In this document: positions 1 to 13,994 of the stretch, in pieces | Layout of the letters: the number at the start of each line of letters is the position of its first letter | Numbering within the stretch: the stretch's first letter is position 1 | NCBI GenBank assembly: GCA_951406725.2 | Contig: OX597823.1 | Location: 27,404,001 to 27,468,000, forward strand | Source: Octopus vulgaris | Lineage: Eukaryota | Length of the DNA stretch: 64,000 nucleotides | Reading direction: 5' to 3' | Translations under genes and position numbers: made by a program | The notes under the pieces: generated by a model | Databases searched by the model: none | What the model was told of the DNA's origin: nothing | What the model saw: only the letters and a program-made list of their open reading frames with translations

Positions 1-1080
1 GTTGGTTAACCGTTGGTCAGTTACTACGCTATTGCTTATCAATTATGATAACACGCATACCACACATATGTAGATATATATGCGTATATACCGTAAATCA
101 TCGAGTGTAGTCCGCCTTTGAGTATAATACGCAGGGGATTTTTAGGGGACTGTACCTCTGAAAAACCTAAACCGTGTGTATAATACGCCCCCCCCTCTTC
201 TCTAACTTGAGTCAAGGAGGTCTATATAACGTCCTTGGTTTGTAAAAATGTATAGAGTAACGTCCATTATTATTGCCTTCTTGGCTTCTTTATCTTTGGC
301 ATCTGTTTAATTTCATCTTTATTTCTTCTCCTTAACCTGACATTGCGTTTGTCAACATCAAATTTTCTTCCGGCGGCCCTGTTACCATGCTCTTCAGCAT
401 ATGATATAACTTCAAGTTATAGCTGAATAAGATCTACGAGGCATTTTATGGGCATGTAATGTATAAAATTTCGTTTTTGGATTTGGTTTGCAAGATTGTT
501 TATATGAGTTCATGTTTTGAAGCATATTCTGTTGTGTCTGGGGAGAGTCATTTTCTTTTTGTGCCTTGTAATGTAACACACTCATCGGTAAAATTTGCAC
601 TTATTTCTTATTTTTGTTTTCCTAAACTTTTCGTTGCGTCTTGCAACCTTTTCAATAGTCTTGACTCTGCCCGTTATTTACACTGTGTGTATATATGGAC
701 CATATATACACACACTTTACTCCATACAAGGACACATATGGAGACACGGGTCCACACATATAGAGATGCACATCCATACATACAAGCATGGTACATAGTT
801 ACAAAACACACACGCACAGACATGCACACACGAGGAGACAGGGAGGCATACATATACAAACACAAGTTCACATACACATACACACACATTGACTCACACA
901 CATGCGCACAAACAAAAAGGAACGCAGTGTAAATAACGGACAGAGTCAAGACTATTGAAAAGGTTGTAAGATGCAACGAAAATTTTAGGAAAATAAAAAT
1001 AAGAAATAAGTGGAAATTTTATCGGTGAGTGTGTTAAATTCTAAGGCACAAAAAAAAAAATGACTCTCCCCAGACACAAC
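1..1080 (-). repeat. Left arm of a large inverted duplication (partner ~6948-7749), containing part of a pogo-like element and a nested MITE
   Basis: 1-660 is the near-exact reverse complement of ~7082-7749 (gttggttaaccgttggtcag vs ctgaccaacggttaaccaac). The match runs past the transposon TIR at 91 into flanking DNA and off the window edge. Confidence 0.9.
531..1080. mobile_element. MITE-like element with ~155 bp terminal inverted repeats (GTTGTGTCTGGGGAGAGTC...)
   Basis: 531-686 is inverted relative to ~924-1080 around a CA-rich spacer. A second copy at 6943-7224 has lost the spacer and is a near-perfect hairpin. Confidence 0.75.
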
Positions 1081-1120
<40 letters not shown>

Positions 1121-1169
1121 TGATAGATACAACTGAGTGGGCAAACAAAAATATGAGAGACTGTGTAAT

Positions 1170-1488
1170 GCTTTTTTATATTTTGATAAGCCTGGTACTT
1201 ATTCTATCAGTTTCTTCTTGTGAAACCAGTAAGTTATGGGGATGTAAATAAACGAACACCAGTTGTGAAGCAGTGATGAGGAAGAAACACAAAGACACAC
1301 ACATAGACTTACATATATACATACATATACATACAATTGATTTCTTTCAGTTTCTGTCTACAAAATCCACTGACAAGGATTTGGTTGGTCTGAGGCTATA
1401 GCAGAAGACATATGCCAAGTTATCACACGGTGGAATTGAACTGAGGTTTTGGAACCAAGTTTGGTACCACACAGCCACACCTGCACCT
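1170..1488 (-). mobile_element. Degenerate tRNA-derived SINE (family 1)
   Basis: Diverged reverse-complement match to the SINE at 17282-17742. Confidence 0.7.
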
Positions 1489-1678
1489 ATGTATGTGAGT
1501 GTGTGTGGGGGGGGGTGTATTTGTGTATATATATATGCATGTATATATGTGTATATATATGGGTACATATTACATGTACATCTATATATACACATCTAGA
1601 CATACATGCATACATATACATGTATATCTATAGAAATACATCTATACATATACATGTATACATATACATCTATATATA

Positions 1679-1727
<49 letters not shown>

Positions 1728-2033
1728 CATCCATATACATACAATAGAGAGATGCTTTTGTTTCACTTTTTACACGTAATACTGAAATAGGGGAGAAGAT
1801 GTGATATTGTGTTAAAAATTGTTTTTGCCCATGACACTCCATGGACTCTAAGTAAGGCATGTGTTTAAATTTGAATGAAATTGGTTGTATAGTTCTCAAG
1901 TTTTAGGGATTCACACAGACAGACAGACATACACACATTCTCAGTTTTATATATATAGATATATAGATATATGTGTGTATGTATATATATAGAGAGAGTG
2001 AGAAAGAAAGATAGGTAGACAGACAGACAGGTG

Positions 2034-2207
<174 letters not shown>

Positions 2208-3961
2208 ATGATAGACACATGCAAACTGATGTACTGTTAGTGAGGGAGCATATCAAAGAAACATTTGTATTCATTTCATTCCATTATTATTATTTTTTGC
2301 TATTAAATTTCTTCCATAAACTCTTCAAAACTACTTCTATAGTTACTATAGAAACGATTTTTTTCTTTTAAAGTAACGTTTGTAGTAGTGAGAGACGTAA
2401 GATATATACGTAACTTACTTTAATACTCAATCATTTTTGTCTAAATTCTTTTCTATCTGAAAAATGTGATATGATGAGAATTGTTAACTGTGAAAAGAAA
2501 AATAATTTAAAATATGTATTGAATTCATCTGAATTAACTTAATGTTAATTTTCATAAATTGAGAAAGAATGAAAATAAAGTAGTTTGTTAACAAAAATAT
2601 GAATTTTTTAGTAATACTTCACGGAAATTATGTATTGCAATCGGAAAGTGGTAATGAAAAAGTATTTTCTGCGTATTATGTTCAAAACAGTTTAGGCTGA
2701 AAGAAATGTTTGATAACGTAAATTATATTGTCTGAATTTTATTTGAAGCAAATTCAATTTTTTCCTCCATGTCAGAAACTTGAGAAAGTAACCATATGAA
2801 TTTCTTGTGAAGTTGAAATTAATCTTGTCTGAAAAATTTTGAGAAATTGAAGTATCTTAAGATAATATTCTGTGTCAATTTATATAGTATCCTGGACAGT
2901 TGATAGTTTTATTAGTTAAATCTATTTCAGCTTCCGACAATCTAGTTAAAGTTCAAATGAAGATTTGAAGAATTAATCACGCTATATTAATATCTGTGTG
3001 TAGATATTTGTTCACATAACCAGGCTCATACAGATACATACACACGTACACCAACATACACACATACATATATATCAATACACGCATACACACACATACA
3101 TATATATTATTCTTCACTATGTTTGATATGATTTTACCTTAATACAATATTCTATTCTGCGTGAATGAACGAGAAAGATATGAGATAACATTTTATGATT
3201 ACAAATTCCAAACAATTCACATTTTTAAAATGCTGTTCTGCTTCAGCCTACATTACTTTCAAAATTATTTTCTACTTTCAAGAGAACGAAATATTGAAGA
3301 GAGGAAAATCATCACTGCAACAATAGTTTTAAAAGATACTTCTTTATTTCTATTTATCATTATCATCATATTTTATTGTAATTTTCTGCAGCATCGCCAG
3401 TTTCACTTCGGTGTTCCTGGGACTTGGGCAGCATTTTCTATTGAAGTACATTATTTTTCTTTTAGACTTGTGCTTCTATACGCGTTTGTATCGCTAACTC
3501 ATGTGCTATTCTTTAGCACCACAGCACGCGAGAATGAAGGGAAAGGCTTCGCCTTTAATACCGTGCAGCTGCTGAATATAATATGAATACAATTTGGATG
3601 TACTTTGATATCTGGCAGCTGGAATATTTTATTAACGATCTGAGAACGCTTCTTTCTTGATTCGTTTTGCTTTATATACACAACATTATGCAGCGAACTA
3701 TAAGACAAACTCTACTCTTAATTACCTGTCTGATGCATTCGAATAACACAATGACCACATTATAGCATATTTATTATAACATAAATATTCTGTCGTACCA
3801 TATCAACAATAGTCAAGTGGTAAACACAAATTTCCTCTCACAATATATGCGACAACATGACACATCGACCCGATCAGGAATCGAAACCACAGTCGCCTAC
3901 TGATGTATGTATGTATGTATGTATGTATGTATGTATGTATGTATGTATGTATGTATGTATG

Positions 3962-4012
<51 letters not shown>

Positions 4013-4871
4013 CATGAGACCGAATGGTAATTCAGCCATTGAATAGAGTTATAAGATTGCATCTTTACATTGAATTATCTTCTGTTTAAAATTACATTCC
4101 CCAGTTATGTATCTATGTGGGTGTACGTATGTGTGTGCATTATTGTGTGTATATATGTCTGTTCATGTATGTATATAAGTATCTATACGCGTGTGTATGC
4201 ATGTATGTGTATGCGAGTGTTTAGATATGAATGTATTTTTTGAAATGTCCTTTATTCATAACGAAGTGGTGTGTTTTTTTACATACAACATCGTTCCTAG
4301 TCAATACAGGCAAACGCTGTTGTATGTGGTGGACAAAATCAATATCTAATACGAGCTAAACCAATTAAAGTGATAACAAAGAAACCAGCAAATAACGTTG
4401 ACCTCTGCTAAATTGTAGTTTCTAACTAAATCTGATTGGTAACATGAGAGAAGAGGTTTTAAAGTGGCGCACATTCAGCCAAATTAGTTCTCTTCTTAAA
4501 ACAACACAAATTTGTCACGCTATACTATGGAGCGCGTGCAATCTTTTCGGTTTTCAAGACTTTCAATAAAATCACTTGTGATTCTCTTTCTTTTTGTTAT
4601 CAGTCTCTTTGTTTCTGTAGAAGTTTCTACAGCAACCAAGCCAAAATATAACCACGATTAATGATGGCCATGAACTTTGAAAAAAAAAACAGAAAGAAAG
4701 AAAAGATGTGTCGCACTCTTCGTTCGTCCAGTAGGATTGATTAAGTGAGTTTTAATGAGAGAGTAATCAAGCCGGTAATGACATTTCTCGCAACTTCAAT
4801 TTTTTTTTTAAATGGTTGACTTTCAATTTAACCAGCTGCTCATACGTTTGCAACCAAATATATATATATAT

Positions 4872-4952
<81 letters not shown>

Positions 4953-4956
<4 letters not shown>

Positions 4957-5270
4957 AAATCAAAATAAGGGTGAAAAAAATTGGATATTAATTTAATAAC
5001 CTCAATTTAACACCAGTGGTTTAGCGCATAAAAGACTGAGATTCAGTAAATATTATTAATACCGAAATATGAGAGAGAATCCACTATGTGGACGCTCTAA
5101 CGCTAAAATTAGATCCGCAAGGGTCCGAACCACTAAGAATTGTTCTCGATAAGAATTTAGCACAACAGTGTGCTAAATTCTTATCGAGAACAATTCTTAG
5201 TGGTTCAGACCCTTGCGGATCTAATTTTAGAGCGTTAGAGCGTCCACATAGTGGATTCTCTTTCATATTT
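4953..5270. mobile_element. Fold-back insertion between (TA)n tracts (putative PLE pLTR-derived)
   Basis: Near-perfect palindrome 5066-5270 centred at ~5165. The left arm has an extra ~110 nt tail running to (TA)n. Confidence 0.65.
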
Positions 5271-5289
5271 GTATATATATATATATATA

Positions 5290-5570
5290 TAAAATTTAGA
5301 GAACTGACCACTAAAATCGTTTTTTATTTCGTATATTTTCATTTTTCTTGCTTATTTTTACATTTTGGTTTTTTGCTGAGATTTTTCTTGAGAACACATT
5401 CTTCGTGGTAACACCGATTTGACGTCTATGTTTAGCATACAGGCTGTCCACTTTTAGTGGTCAGTCCTCTAAATTTTGTATCTAAAACAATTTTTAATCT
5501 TCGGATTTTTTTTTAAATATGCTAAGCCACTGGTTTTAAATGATTAATATCAATTTCTACCCTTATTTAA

Positions 5571-5577
<7 letters not shown>
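5290..5577 (+). mobile_element. Diverged relative of the 4953-5270 element, also with a short inverted arm
   Basis: 5291-5316 is inverted to 5452-5477. 5374-5577 is collinear with the reverse complement of 4953-5163. Flanked by (TA)n on both sides. Confidence 0.65.
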
Positions 5578-5640
<63 letters not shown>

Positions 5641-5645
<5 letters not shown>

Positions 5646-6330
5646 TTGAATCAATGATTCTGAAAAACCAAATGGGATGGGATGGCCATATTGTACGAAT
5701 GGCGGATGAACGCACCCCAAACTGTTGTTTTATGGCGAGCTTGCAGAGGGGAAACGCTATCGGTGTAAACCTAAAAAGAGGTTTAAGGACTACCATGGAT
5801 TAACTTGGAATGGATCCAAAGGCCATAGAAATCCTTACTTCGGATCGAGCGAGATGGCGAACAAAAGTGGGAAGTGGAGTGAAACTTTTTGGGGAGGCCA
5901 GGATGACACATGCAATATTCAAGAAAGATGTAAAGAAGATTGTTGCGACCAACGACAAAGTGAATCTCGCTGACCGTTTTGTATGCAGTCTGTGACAGAC
6001 TATGCCTTTTTTTTGCTGGACTCAAATCCCATTTGCGGACCCATGAAAATCGAACCTCCACCAACCACTCTGCCTATATATCTGTGCACACCTTTCAATG
6101 CTGTGTATGCCATAATGTCTGCAAATCTAATGGAGTCTTCAGAAGACATTTCAAGATCCACAAAGATCAGAACTCTATTGCAGCTCTTGGTGGTCCAAAT
6201 TGGATATGCAATTTATGCGTGTGTCACTTCAATACATTGTCCAGTTTAAAAAGCCACATCAGACGCCATGGTGGATCAAAGGTGTAAGTACAAGAGATGG
6301 TCAGATTCGTAAGGAGTAGCCAACCACCAT
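5641..6330 (+). mobile_element. 5'-truncated RTE-like LINE 3' end with three C2H2 zinc fingers (frameshifted)
   Basis: WDGHIVRMADERTP..FYGELAEGKRYRCKPKKRFKD is typical of the RTE-clade ORF2 C-terminus. It is followed by three CxxC-x12-HxxxH motifs. Confidence 0.8.
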
Positions 6331-6347
6331 ATATATACATACGAATA

Positions 6348-7659
6348 TCGTAAAACCTCGAATATAATCCGCATTTTCTTCCCAAAATTTAAAGGTCAAA
6401 GTCCCTAGTGCGTATTATATACGAGGTTAAAAATGAAAAATATTTTCTAAGCAATGCCACTGTCTCTATTTGCTGTCCGGCAATGTTTATTCAGACGCAT
6501 TTTGTGATGTCGGGCGCGAAAATGCCTTAAGCTAAGCCTGAAAGCAATGAAGTCATAAAAGAATCATCATAACTTGCAGTAAGCAACATTTATTGAAATA
6601 GAAGTATTCAGAATAACAGAATAACATGTAACAAAAACAATTTTCAAACATATTTACATTCCCATATAACAGTTAAGAACATCATCATTATTGTATTACG
6701 CATGCACAGAAGTGTTTGTTCGACTAGGTGCTGCTGGTTTAATTACGCACGAATTGTGCTTATTAGTTTAGCGCAAAATAGTTCATCCTGCTGTTTGTAT
6801 AGGCAGTTTGCATCATTAACGTGGCAAACAATAGATAATTAAATACCAGTATTAAATGTTTCAACTACTGTGGGTCTTTACTAGGGTCTTTTATAAGTGG
6901 GACTTAAACCTGTACGTTAATCTCCAATAAAACATTTTATACATTCTGTTGTGTCTGGGGAGAGTCATTTTCTTTTTGTGCCTTATAATGTAACACACTC
7001 ACCGATAAAATTTCCACTTATTTCTTATTTTTATTTTCCTAAAATTCTCGTTTCGTCTTGCAACCTTTTGAATAGTATTGAGAGTCAAGACTATTGAAAA
7101 GGTTGCAAGACGCAAAGAAAAGTTTAGGAAAACAAAAAATAAGAAATAAGTGCAAATTTTACCGATGAGTGTGTTACATTATAAGGCACAAAAAGAAAAT
7201 GACTCTCCCCAGACACAACAGAATATGCTTCAAAACACGAACTCATATAAACAATCTTGCAAACCAAATCCAAAAACGAAATTTTATACATTACATGCCC
7301 ATAAAATGCCTCGTAGATCTTATTCAGCTATGTTTAAACTTGAAGTTATATCATATGCTAAAGAGCATGGTAACAAGGCCGCCGGAAGAAAATTTGATGT
7401 TGACGAACGCAATGTCAGGTTAAGGAGAAGAAATAAAGATGAAATTAAACAGATGCCAAAGATAAAGAAGCCAAGAAGGCAATAATAATGGACGTTACCC
7501 TATACATTTTTACAAACCAAGGACGTTATATAGACCTCCTTGACTCAAGTTAGAGAAGGGGGCGTATTATACACAAGGTTTAGGTTTTTCAGAAGTACAG
7601 TCCCCTAAAAATCCCCTGCGTATTATACTCAAAGGCGGACTACACTCGAGAATTTACGG
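6348..7659 (+). mobile_element. Non-autonomous pogo/Tigger-like DNA transposon
   Basis: TA-flanked imperfect TIRs (tcgtaaaacctcgaatataatccgc / gcggactacactcgagaatttacgg). Remnant N-terminal HTH at 7306-7485 (MPRRSYSAMFKLEVISYAKEHGNKAAGRKFDVDERNVR), resembling the pogo Brinker-type DNA-binding domain. Confidence 0.8.
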
Positions 7660-8241
7660 TATATACGCATATATATCTACATATGTATGGTATGCGTGTT
7701 ATCATAATTGATAAGCAATAGCGTAGTAACTGACCAACGGTTAACCAACAAATGTTTAACTTCCAACAAAAAGAGGAGTCACTGTTTAACTGAGGTCTGA
7801 GTAACAAGGGAGAGTTTTTGATTCAGTGTAGCACATGCATTGCAAAGGACTTCGCTCATACTATCATTTTCTTTCTTTTGAATTGCCTTTACATTGCCGA
7901 TATACTTCGGCAGTCGCTTGGTTAATGAAAATAAGGTAGCACAATTTTCATGCGGACGACTTCTCTTGGGGAAGAAACAATGTCCACTACTTCCCCTTAT
8001 TTCCAGATGATAAGCTTGTTTTTCCTTGTGTATGTCAACTTTGGAGAATTCTAGATTCTTAAGATTTTATCCTTTTCCTCGTGTTCTCCCTTGTCATTGG
8101 GTAATTGTGATATATCAGCTAAAGGCGAAGAAAATTTTAATAAATCGAGAAATTATATTGTATGGCATCTTATATGGCTGTATATGTCTATATTGTTCAT
8201 ATGCCACTCTGTATTATTTCTCTTAAATCATTTTCGTTTAA

Positions 8242-8327
<86 letters not shown>

Positions 8328-8379
8328 AATGAATGTATGCATGTATGCAGGTATATACTCATACGTAGAGAGAATCCTG

Positions 8380-9430
8380 ATTAATTTCGATGTGACAGCC
8401 TCTACATGGATTAGCAATAGGAGCAGTAAAGTTCAAGTTAGACAAATACTCACAGAAATCAGGAGAAATTCTCAAAAGAATTTATAATGGAAAAATCCGA
8501 GAAAACAGCTTCTTCTTTGATAACAACATAGAATAGAAGGAACGGCAATGGTTGCTGTCCTCGCTCCCGCATTTGCAACACTAATGATAAAATTCCTTGA
8601 AGTAAAAATCTATGTCTGATCTGGGATTATTTTAGATAAGCATTTCTAATTTTATTTAAACGAAAACTGACAAAGATTCAGATTTTTTAACGAAAGTAAG
8701 AAATATCTTTCCAGATTCCTTAAATCAATAAATAATATTCGATGCAATTCACTATAAAAATGAATGAAAGAGAACTTTTCTTTTGGGGGTATTTTTGGTA
8801 ATTGATGAAAATGAGATTGTTACAACCGATCTCTACTACAAAGACACGGGCACACAACATTTATTGTTTAGATCTTGCCACCCGAAGTATATTTAAAGGA
8901 ACATCCTATTCAATATGGCAAAGTATATATGCTCAATAGTTAAGGACACGTACGACAGAGACGACTAGATTGTTCCTTCCGAAACAAAAATACTCGGAAA
9001 ACTCAGCAAATCATGCCATAACCAGTGGTAAAGTGATACGAAGAAAACCTCACAGCAATGGCGCAGACAATAACAACATAAATATTCCATTTGTAATCCC
9101 CCTTGAAACTATAACACCATGTATTTAACCAAATGATACCTTCCGATCTTAGATCAATCCTCGTATCTCAGGATCATAAATTATCAACAGCCGAAGATAA
9201 CCACCAAAATTTGAAAGACTCTTAGCAAAGAAAAAATTCACATCAGAAGAAATAACGCAAGTGGCAAAACGTAAAGATTTTGTTGTGGGAAGTGTTAATT
9301 AAAAAAAAAAGATGATCATCCCCAATCATCAAAATATTCCTTTAACTCAAAATAAAGGAAGTAATGATGAACTTCGAAACATAAAGGAAGAATACTTTAT
9401 AAGCAATCTGAACCGAAGTTCTACCGGAAA
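8380..9430 (+). mobile_element. Highly degenerate Penelope-like element (RT to GIY-YIG remnant)
   Basis: Remnant peptides NFDVT, TTDLYYKDTGTQHLLFRSCHPKY..RNILFNMAK.IC (~8820-8940) and LRNIKEEYFI (~9370) resemble PLE RT thumb and endonuclease C-terminus. Confidence 0.65.
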
Positions 9431-9545
9431 TATCCAATACCACAACTAAAAATACCTTTTTATATATGAAATAGTTCATAACACGTGTGTTTGAAAAGCT
9501 GAAAACAACGAAAAACGGTTAGCACAAACGAAACTTTCATTTATA

Positions 9546-10297
9546 CTAACAATGTATCCCGGTGTTGCCCGGGTGTTATGAGATACAGCCATATTGTATT
9601 GTTTTCCTTTCTTATGGACAGAATAAGCACAGTTGATATATAGTGAACTAGATTACTAGCGTAATGGAAATTATTATTTGTTTAAAAGTGAAGTATGGGA
9701 AAGTACAATTTGCATGGGTTTGAATGAAAGTGCTTTCTATTCTTAAGGATCACAAACTATGTATTATTTTATCGTATACAAGGGAGTTAATACGATTTTG
9801 CCCAGAAATCCCGTTTTCAAATTTTTAGTTTGTCCCTGTCCCCACCGCAATTTCTTAATTTGTAACTTTTTAACGATTTCTTGTTATCCATGTAGAAAAA
9901 TACATAGATTACGAATCTGGAAAATACATATATTTCTTGAAGTTTAATTTTTTCTTAAAGAAACACTCAATGCCCCTTCCCTCACCTTGCTACTCGCTTT
10001 CAAAAAGCTAAAAGCACCCAATTTTTTCACTTTCGTCTAATGTTTCACGCATGCGTAGAATTCTACTGAAATTGCAGACGTAAAAAATATGAGAGTATCA
10101 CTGGAAAACCCGACATGCTAGGAACAACAGGTAAACGACATTATTTCTGAAGTAACTTTCCTACCCTCCAAAAAGCTAAAAGTGAAACAATGAGATATAT
10201 GTGTGTTAAACCAATGTTTACACGCTTTACGGCTTTATCTGTATGTGTGCATGTGCAAGTGCGAGCGTGTGCACGTACATATATGTCTACGTATAGA
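9546..10297 (-). mobile_element. Putative non-autonomous Helitron-like element
   Basis: GC hairpin cccggtgttgcccggg (9558-9573) next to a degenerate CTAG end. Probable TC start at ...tatagat (~10297). Same layout as 18471-19546. Confidence 0.5.
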
Positions 10298-10896
10298 TTA
10301 AAGTTCCGCTCAGTCATAGCTATACCAATAACCAGTTGTTAGAACTCAATATACGCATATTTTATTGTAAACCACCAGGTCAGTACAGATTATATTATCA
10401 ATCAATACATTATTAATGATGAAACAGTAATTACGTAATAGTCTTCATTAGTTTATACCTGTTTTTGCTAATTAAGCTTGCTATTAGAATTGAATGTCAA
10501 AATGACATAAATAGATGCATACAGCTTCTCACCGTCCCCCCCACCAAACACACCTTCACACACATAAACACACGGAACACACATCACTCCACACCAACTT
10601 CGCACAGGTTTACTTATACACATGCAGACACACACTCCCGTGCGCGCACACAGGCTCACATAATCTTAAGTTCCCCATACACATACGCTGCTCGCCTCCA
10701 TTCACATTTCTGTAGCGGGTATAATATGTGGAAATTGACAATTTAAAAGTCTGTTATCAGCATATTGGCATTGAAATAATTTTCTTTTGCCCTTGTTTAT
10801 AAGTTGTTTATAATTTTAACCTTAAAGGTATTTTAATATGCTACCACTTTTTTGATGAAATTTCTTTCTGTAAAATAACTTCATCCTATATTAGTA

Positions 10897-10956
<60 letters not shown>

Positions 10957-10959
<3 letters not shown>

Positions 10960-11648
10960 AGAGGAAAAAATAATAAGGCAGATTGAAAGTAAATTTTAAT
11001 AAAAATGCGTGTATGAAAAATTAAAAAAAGAAATCAAAACGACTTTCAATGCAAGGCAAGTTTTCAAGATTTTGAAGGGGAAAAAATTTCTTTTTAAATT
11101 GAGGAAGGAGAAAAAAAAATTTACAATATTTTTTTCAAAAATAATGAATATATACAAAAATTAATAAATAAGTATACCAGTACATTGTAGTGTCTTTATG
11201 CTTTTAGAGTTCAATATTAATCCATGGAAAAACTTCTTTGGAGGATTAGGATGCATGTGTTTTAGTAAAGTGTTTTGTTTGAAAAGGTTGGATGTTTATG
11301 TGTCAAATCAGGAAATGCGGTAGGAGTTATCCAGTTTCTGTGAATAAGGGAGACAATTCTGTGGATCTTATACGCTTTAATTGGAATGCTGGATTTTGTC
11401 AAACAGGATGCTTATATCTATTTTTTTGTCAGACAGGATGCTAGAAAAAGGAATACGGTCACCGTGGAGATTGCATATTAAGAACCGTTTGGAATTTTTC
11501 AATAAAAAGATTCTCCTTGTTGATTCTTTCTTGAATAGAGATTCTGTCTTTACATTGGTAGAAAGGGAATATTTGAAATTTGGGATTTATATTTCTCGCG
11601 CAAGAGTCTATGGGGCTACTGAGTAGAATTTGACGGTATTGTGGGATA
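10957..11648 (-). mobile_element. 5'-truncated Penelope-like element (GIY-YIG C-terminus plus 3' region) between (TA)n tracts
   Basis: Minus strand 11648-11460 reads IPQYRQILLSSPIDSCARNINPKFQIFPFYQCKDRISIQERINKENLFIEKFQTVLN, resembling a PLE endonuclease C-terminus. Confidence 0.65.
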
Positions 11649-11738
11649 TATATATATATGTATATAATATTAGGGAGTATAACCCCAAACTTACAGGGAA
11701 AAATTCAATTTAGTATTAAATCAAATTTCACAATATAA

Positions 11739-11828
<90 letters not shown>

Positions 11829-11833
<5 letters not shown>

Positions 11834-12114
11834 GGGAAAAACCACTATTAGGAAATTCGAACAATGATAGGCGTAAATCATACCATATAGAAAAAATAAA
11901 ATGTATGATAAAACATTTATCTAGATCACAATAAAGTACATAATAATAAATAAACAGTATATAATTATATATTACTAGTTATATACTGTTTATATATTAT
12001 TACGTACTTTATTTTGATCTAGGTAGATGTTTTATCATATATTTTATTTTTTCTATATGGTATGATTTACGTCTATCATTGTTTGAATTTCATAATAGTG
12101 GTTTTCCTTTAATT
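11829..12114. mobile_element. ~285 bp hairpin insertion between (TA)n tracts, with a third partial arm at 12321-12378
   Basis: The arms aattagggaaaaaccactatt... and ...aatagtggttttcctttaatt are reverse complements. The end motif gatttacgtctat...agtggt is shared with 5417-5461. Confidence 0.7.
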
Positions 12115-12122
12115 TATATATA

Positions 12123-12321
<199 letters not shown>

Positions 12322-12405
12322 CTTAAAGGAAAACCACTATTATGAAATTCTAACAATGATAGACGTAAATCATACCATACAATTTATTCACCGCACTCAC
12401 ACTAA

Positions 12406-12475
<70 letters not shown>

Positions 12476-12554
12476 TTAGTGTGAGTGCGGTGAATAAATT
12501 GTCGTTTAAATTACGCAAAAGTAATAAGACTGACGTCTCATATTAACAGATATA

Positions 12555-13740
12555 TTTGCCAAAGTTACATTAAAATATCTTGAAGTACTAAAGAGTAAAT
12601 TTATTCAATAAAATTGCCATTGGTTTCAACCACAGTCTCCAGACAACTTCGGAATCTCCTCCAACTCTTCTGGACGGTCTCCTCGTTTAAGTTGGTGAAT
12701 GCTGTCAATATCCTTACCTTCACTTCATCTTTTGTGTTACAAGGAGTTTTGTTGGTATCTCATTCAACTGCGCCCTACACATAAGCATCATGGGATTTGT
12801 AGTCTGGGGTGTTAGGTGGCCATATGTTAGGGATGATGTGGTCGCAGAAATTGTCTGACAGTCATGACTGTGTTCTCATGCTTGTGTAGTATGGTGCATA
12901 GTCCTGTTGCCAGACATAGGGTCTTCCAACAGCCAACCATTTGACCTAGGGCAGCACTACATCCTCCAGGCACTTGTAGTCCTCCGTGCTGAGTCTTGAG
13001 GCCGTGTGGGAAGGTTAATGGCGGCATAACGTCGCTATCACTAGTGATCACCCCAAACACCATGATGTTGACTATATGTTTGATTTTTATCACTCTTAGT
13101 GCATGCTTTGCGGACACAGCAAGCCAGCGGTTGTTCTGTGTCCACCTTCTGATCCTACCAGAAATTTTTCTTGTTTTAGAAAAACCGACGCATGTTCGCG
13201 TAGTACGGTATTTCATCTTGTCCTTGATGGCTTGAGATAAGAATTGGCCCTTTCACATATTGTATGAGGAATACCGAATTTATTTATACACTATCTGCCT
13301 GATAAAAAAAACTCAGACACACCCGTGTTCCTGGCGATGGACCTGATTGACTTGAGGGGATTGTTGTCAATCATGCCTGGATCACGCCAACAAATTCAGG
13401 AATTCTTTTCTATTCAGAACGATCAGAGTGAGTTTTCCGAGCTTTCGTAATCACAATTAGACTCATCCAACTCTTTCCCAATCCACTGCACTGTCCTCAG
13501 ATTGACACCCAAACATTCTGAAGTGTTCGTACCAGAAATTCCGGCGCGAATGCCAAGCATTACTGCATGTCGTTTCCAAATTTTTGGCAGAGTGAATTGC
13601 GTCATGGTGCAGTTTTCTTATAGATGCTGCCCAACTGACCCTACTATACTGTGTAGTCGACAAAATAAAATAAAAACATTGCGCATGCGCGTAATGAAGT
13701 ATACCAAATGGCAACAACTTACTCATTGCAACCTGTGACG
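12555..13740 (-). mobile_element. Degenerate Tc1/mariner transposon, DD37D (maT)-like
   Basis: MVFGVITSDSDVMPPLTFPHGL and a WPPNTPD-like motif on the minus strand, with many frameshifts. Confidence 0.85.
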
Positions 13741-13955
13741 AATGCTGCATAGAGCACCAGCATTGCTAGGAATAAGAGTCAAACAACTATTTAGCTACAG
13801 AAAGCATATTTTCTATTTACCGACAAGGGAGACAACCTCACCACCACAATTGAGTGGCATTAGATTGGCATGCAAATTTCGCATGAAATTTCTTGCTCAT
13901 CGCTAATGCTTACTCCATCATGGGCGGTGAAGTTAAATTCTATCCCTTCGTTTAT

Positions 13956-13994
<39 letters not shown>

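Noticed and set aside
5084-5411. Two opposite-strand ORFs with the same peptide
   Set aside because: This follows from the DNA palindrome and is not coding.
5979-6287. Stand-alone C2H2 zinc-finger gene
   Set aside because: It is continuous with a frameshifted RTE-like LINE C-terminus and has no supported exon structure.
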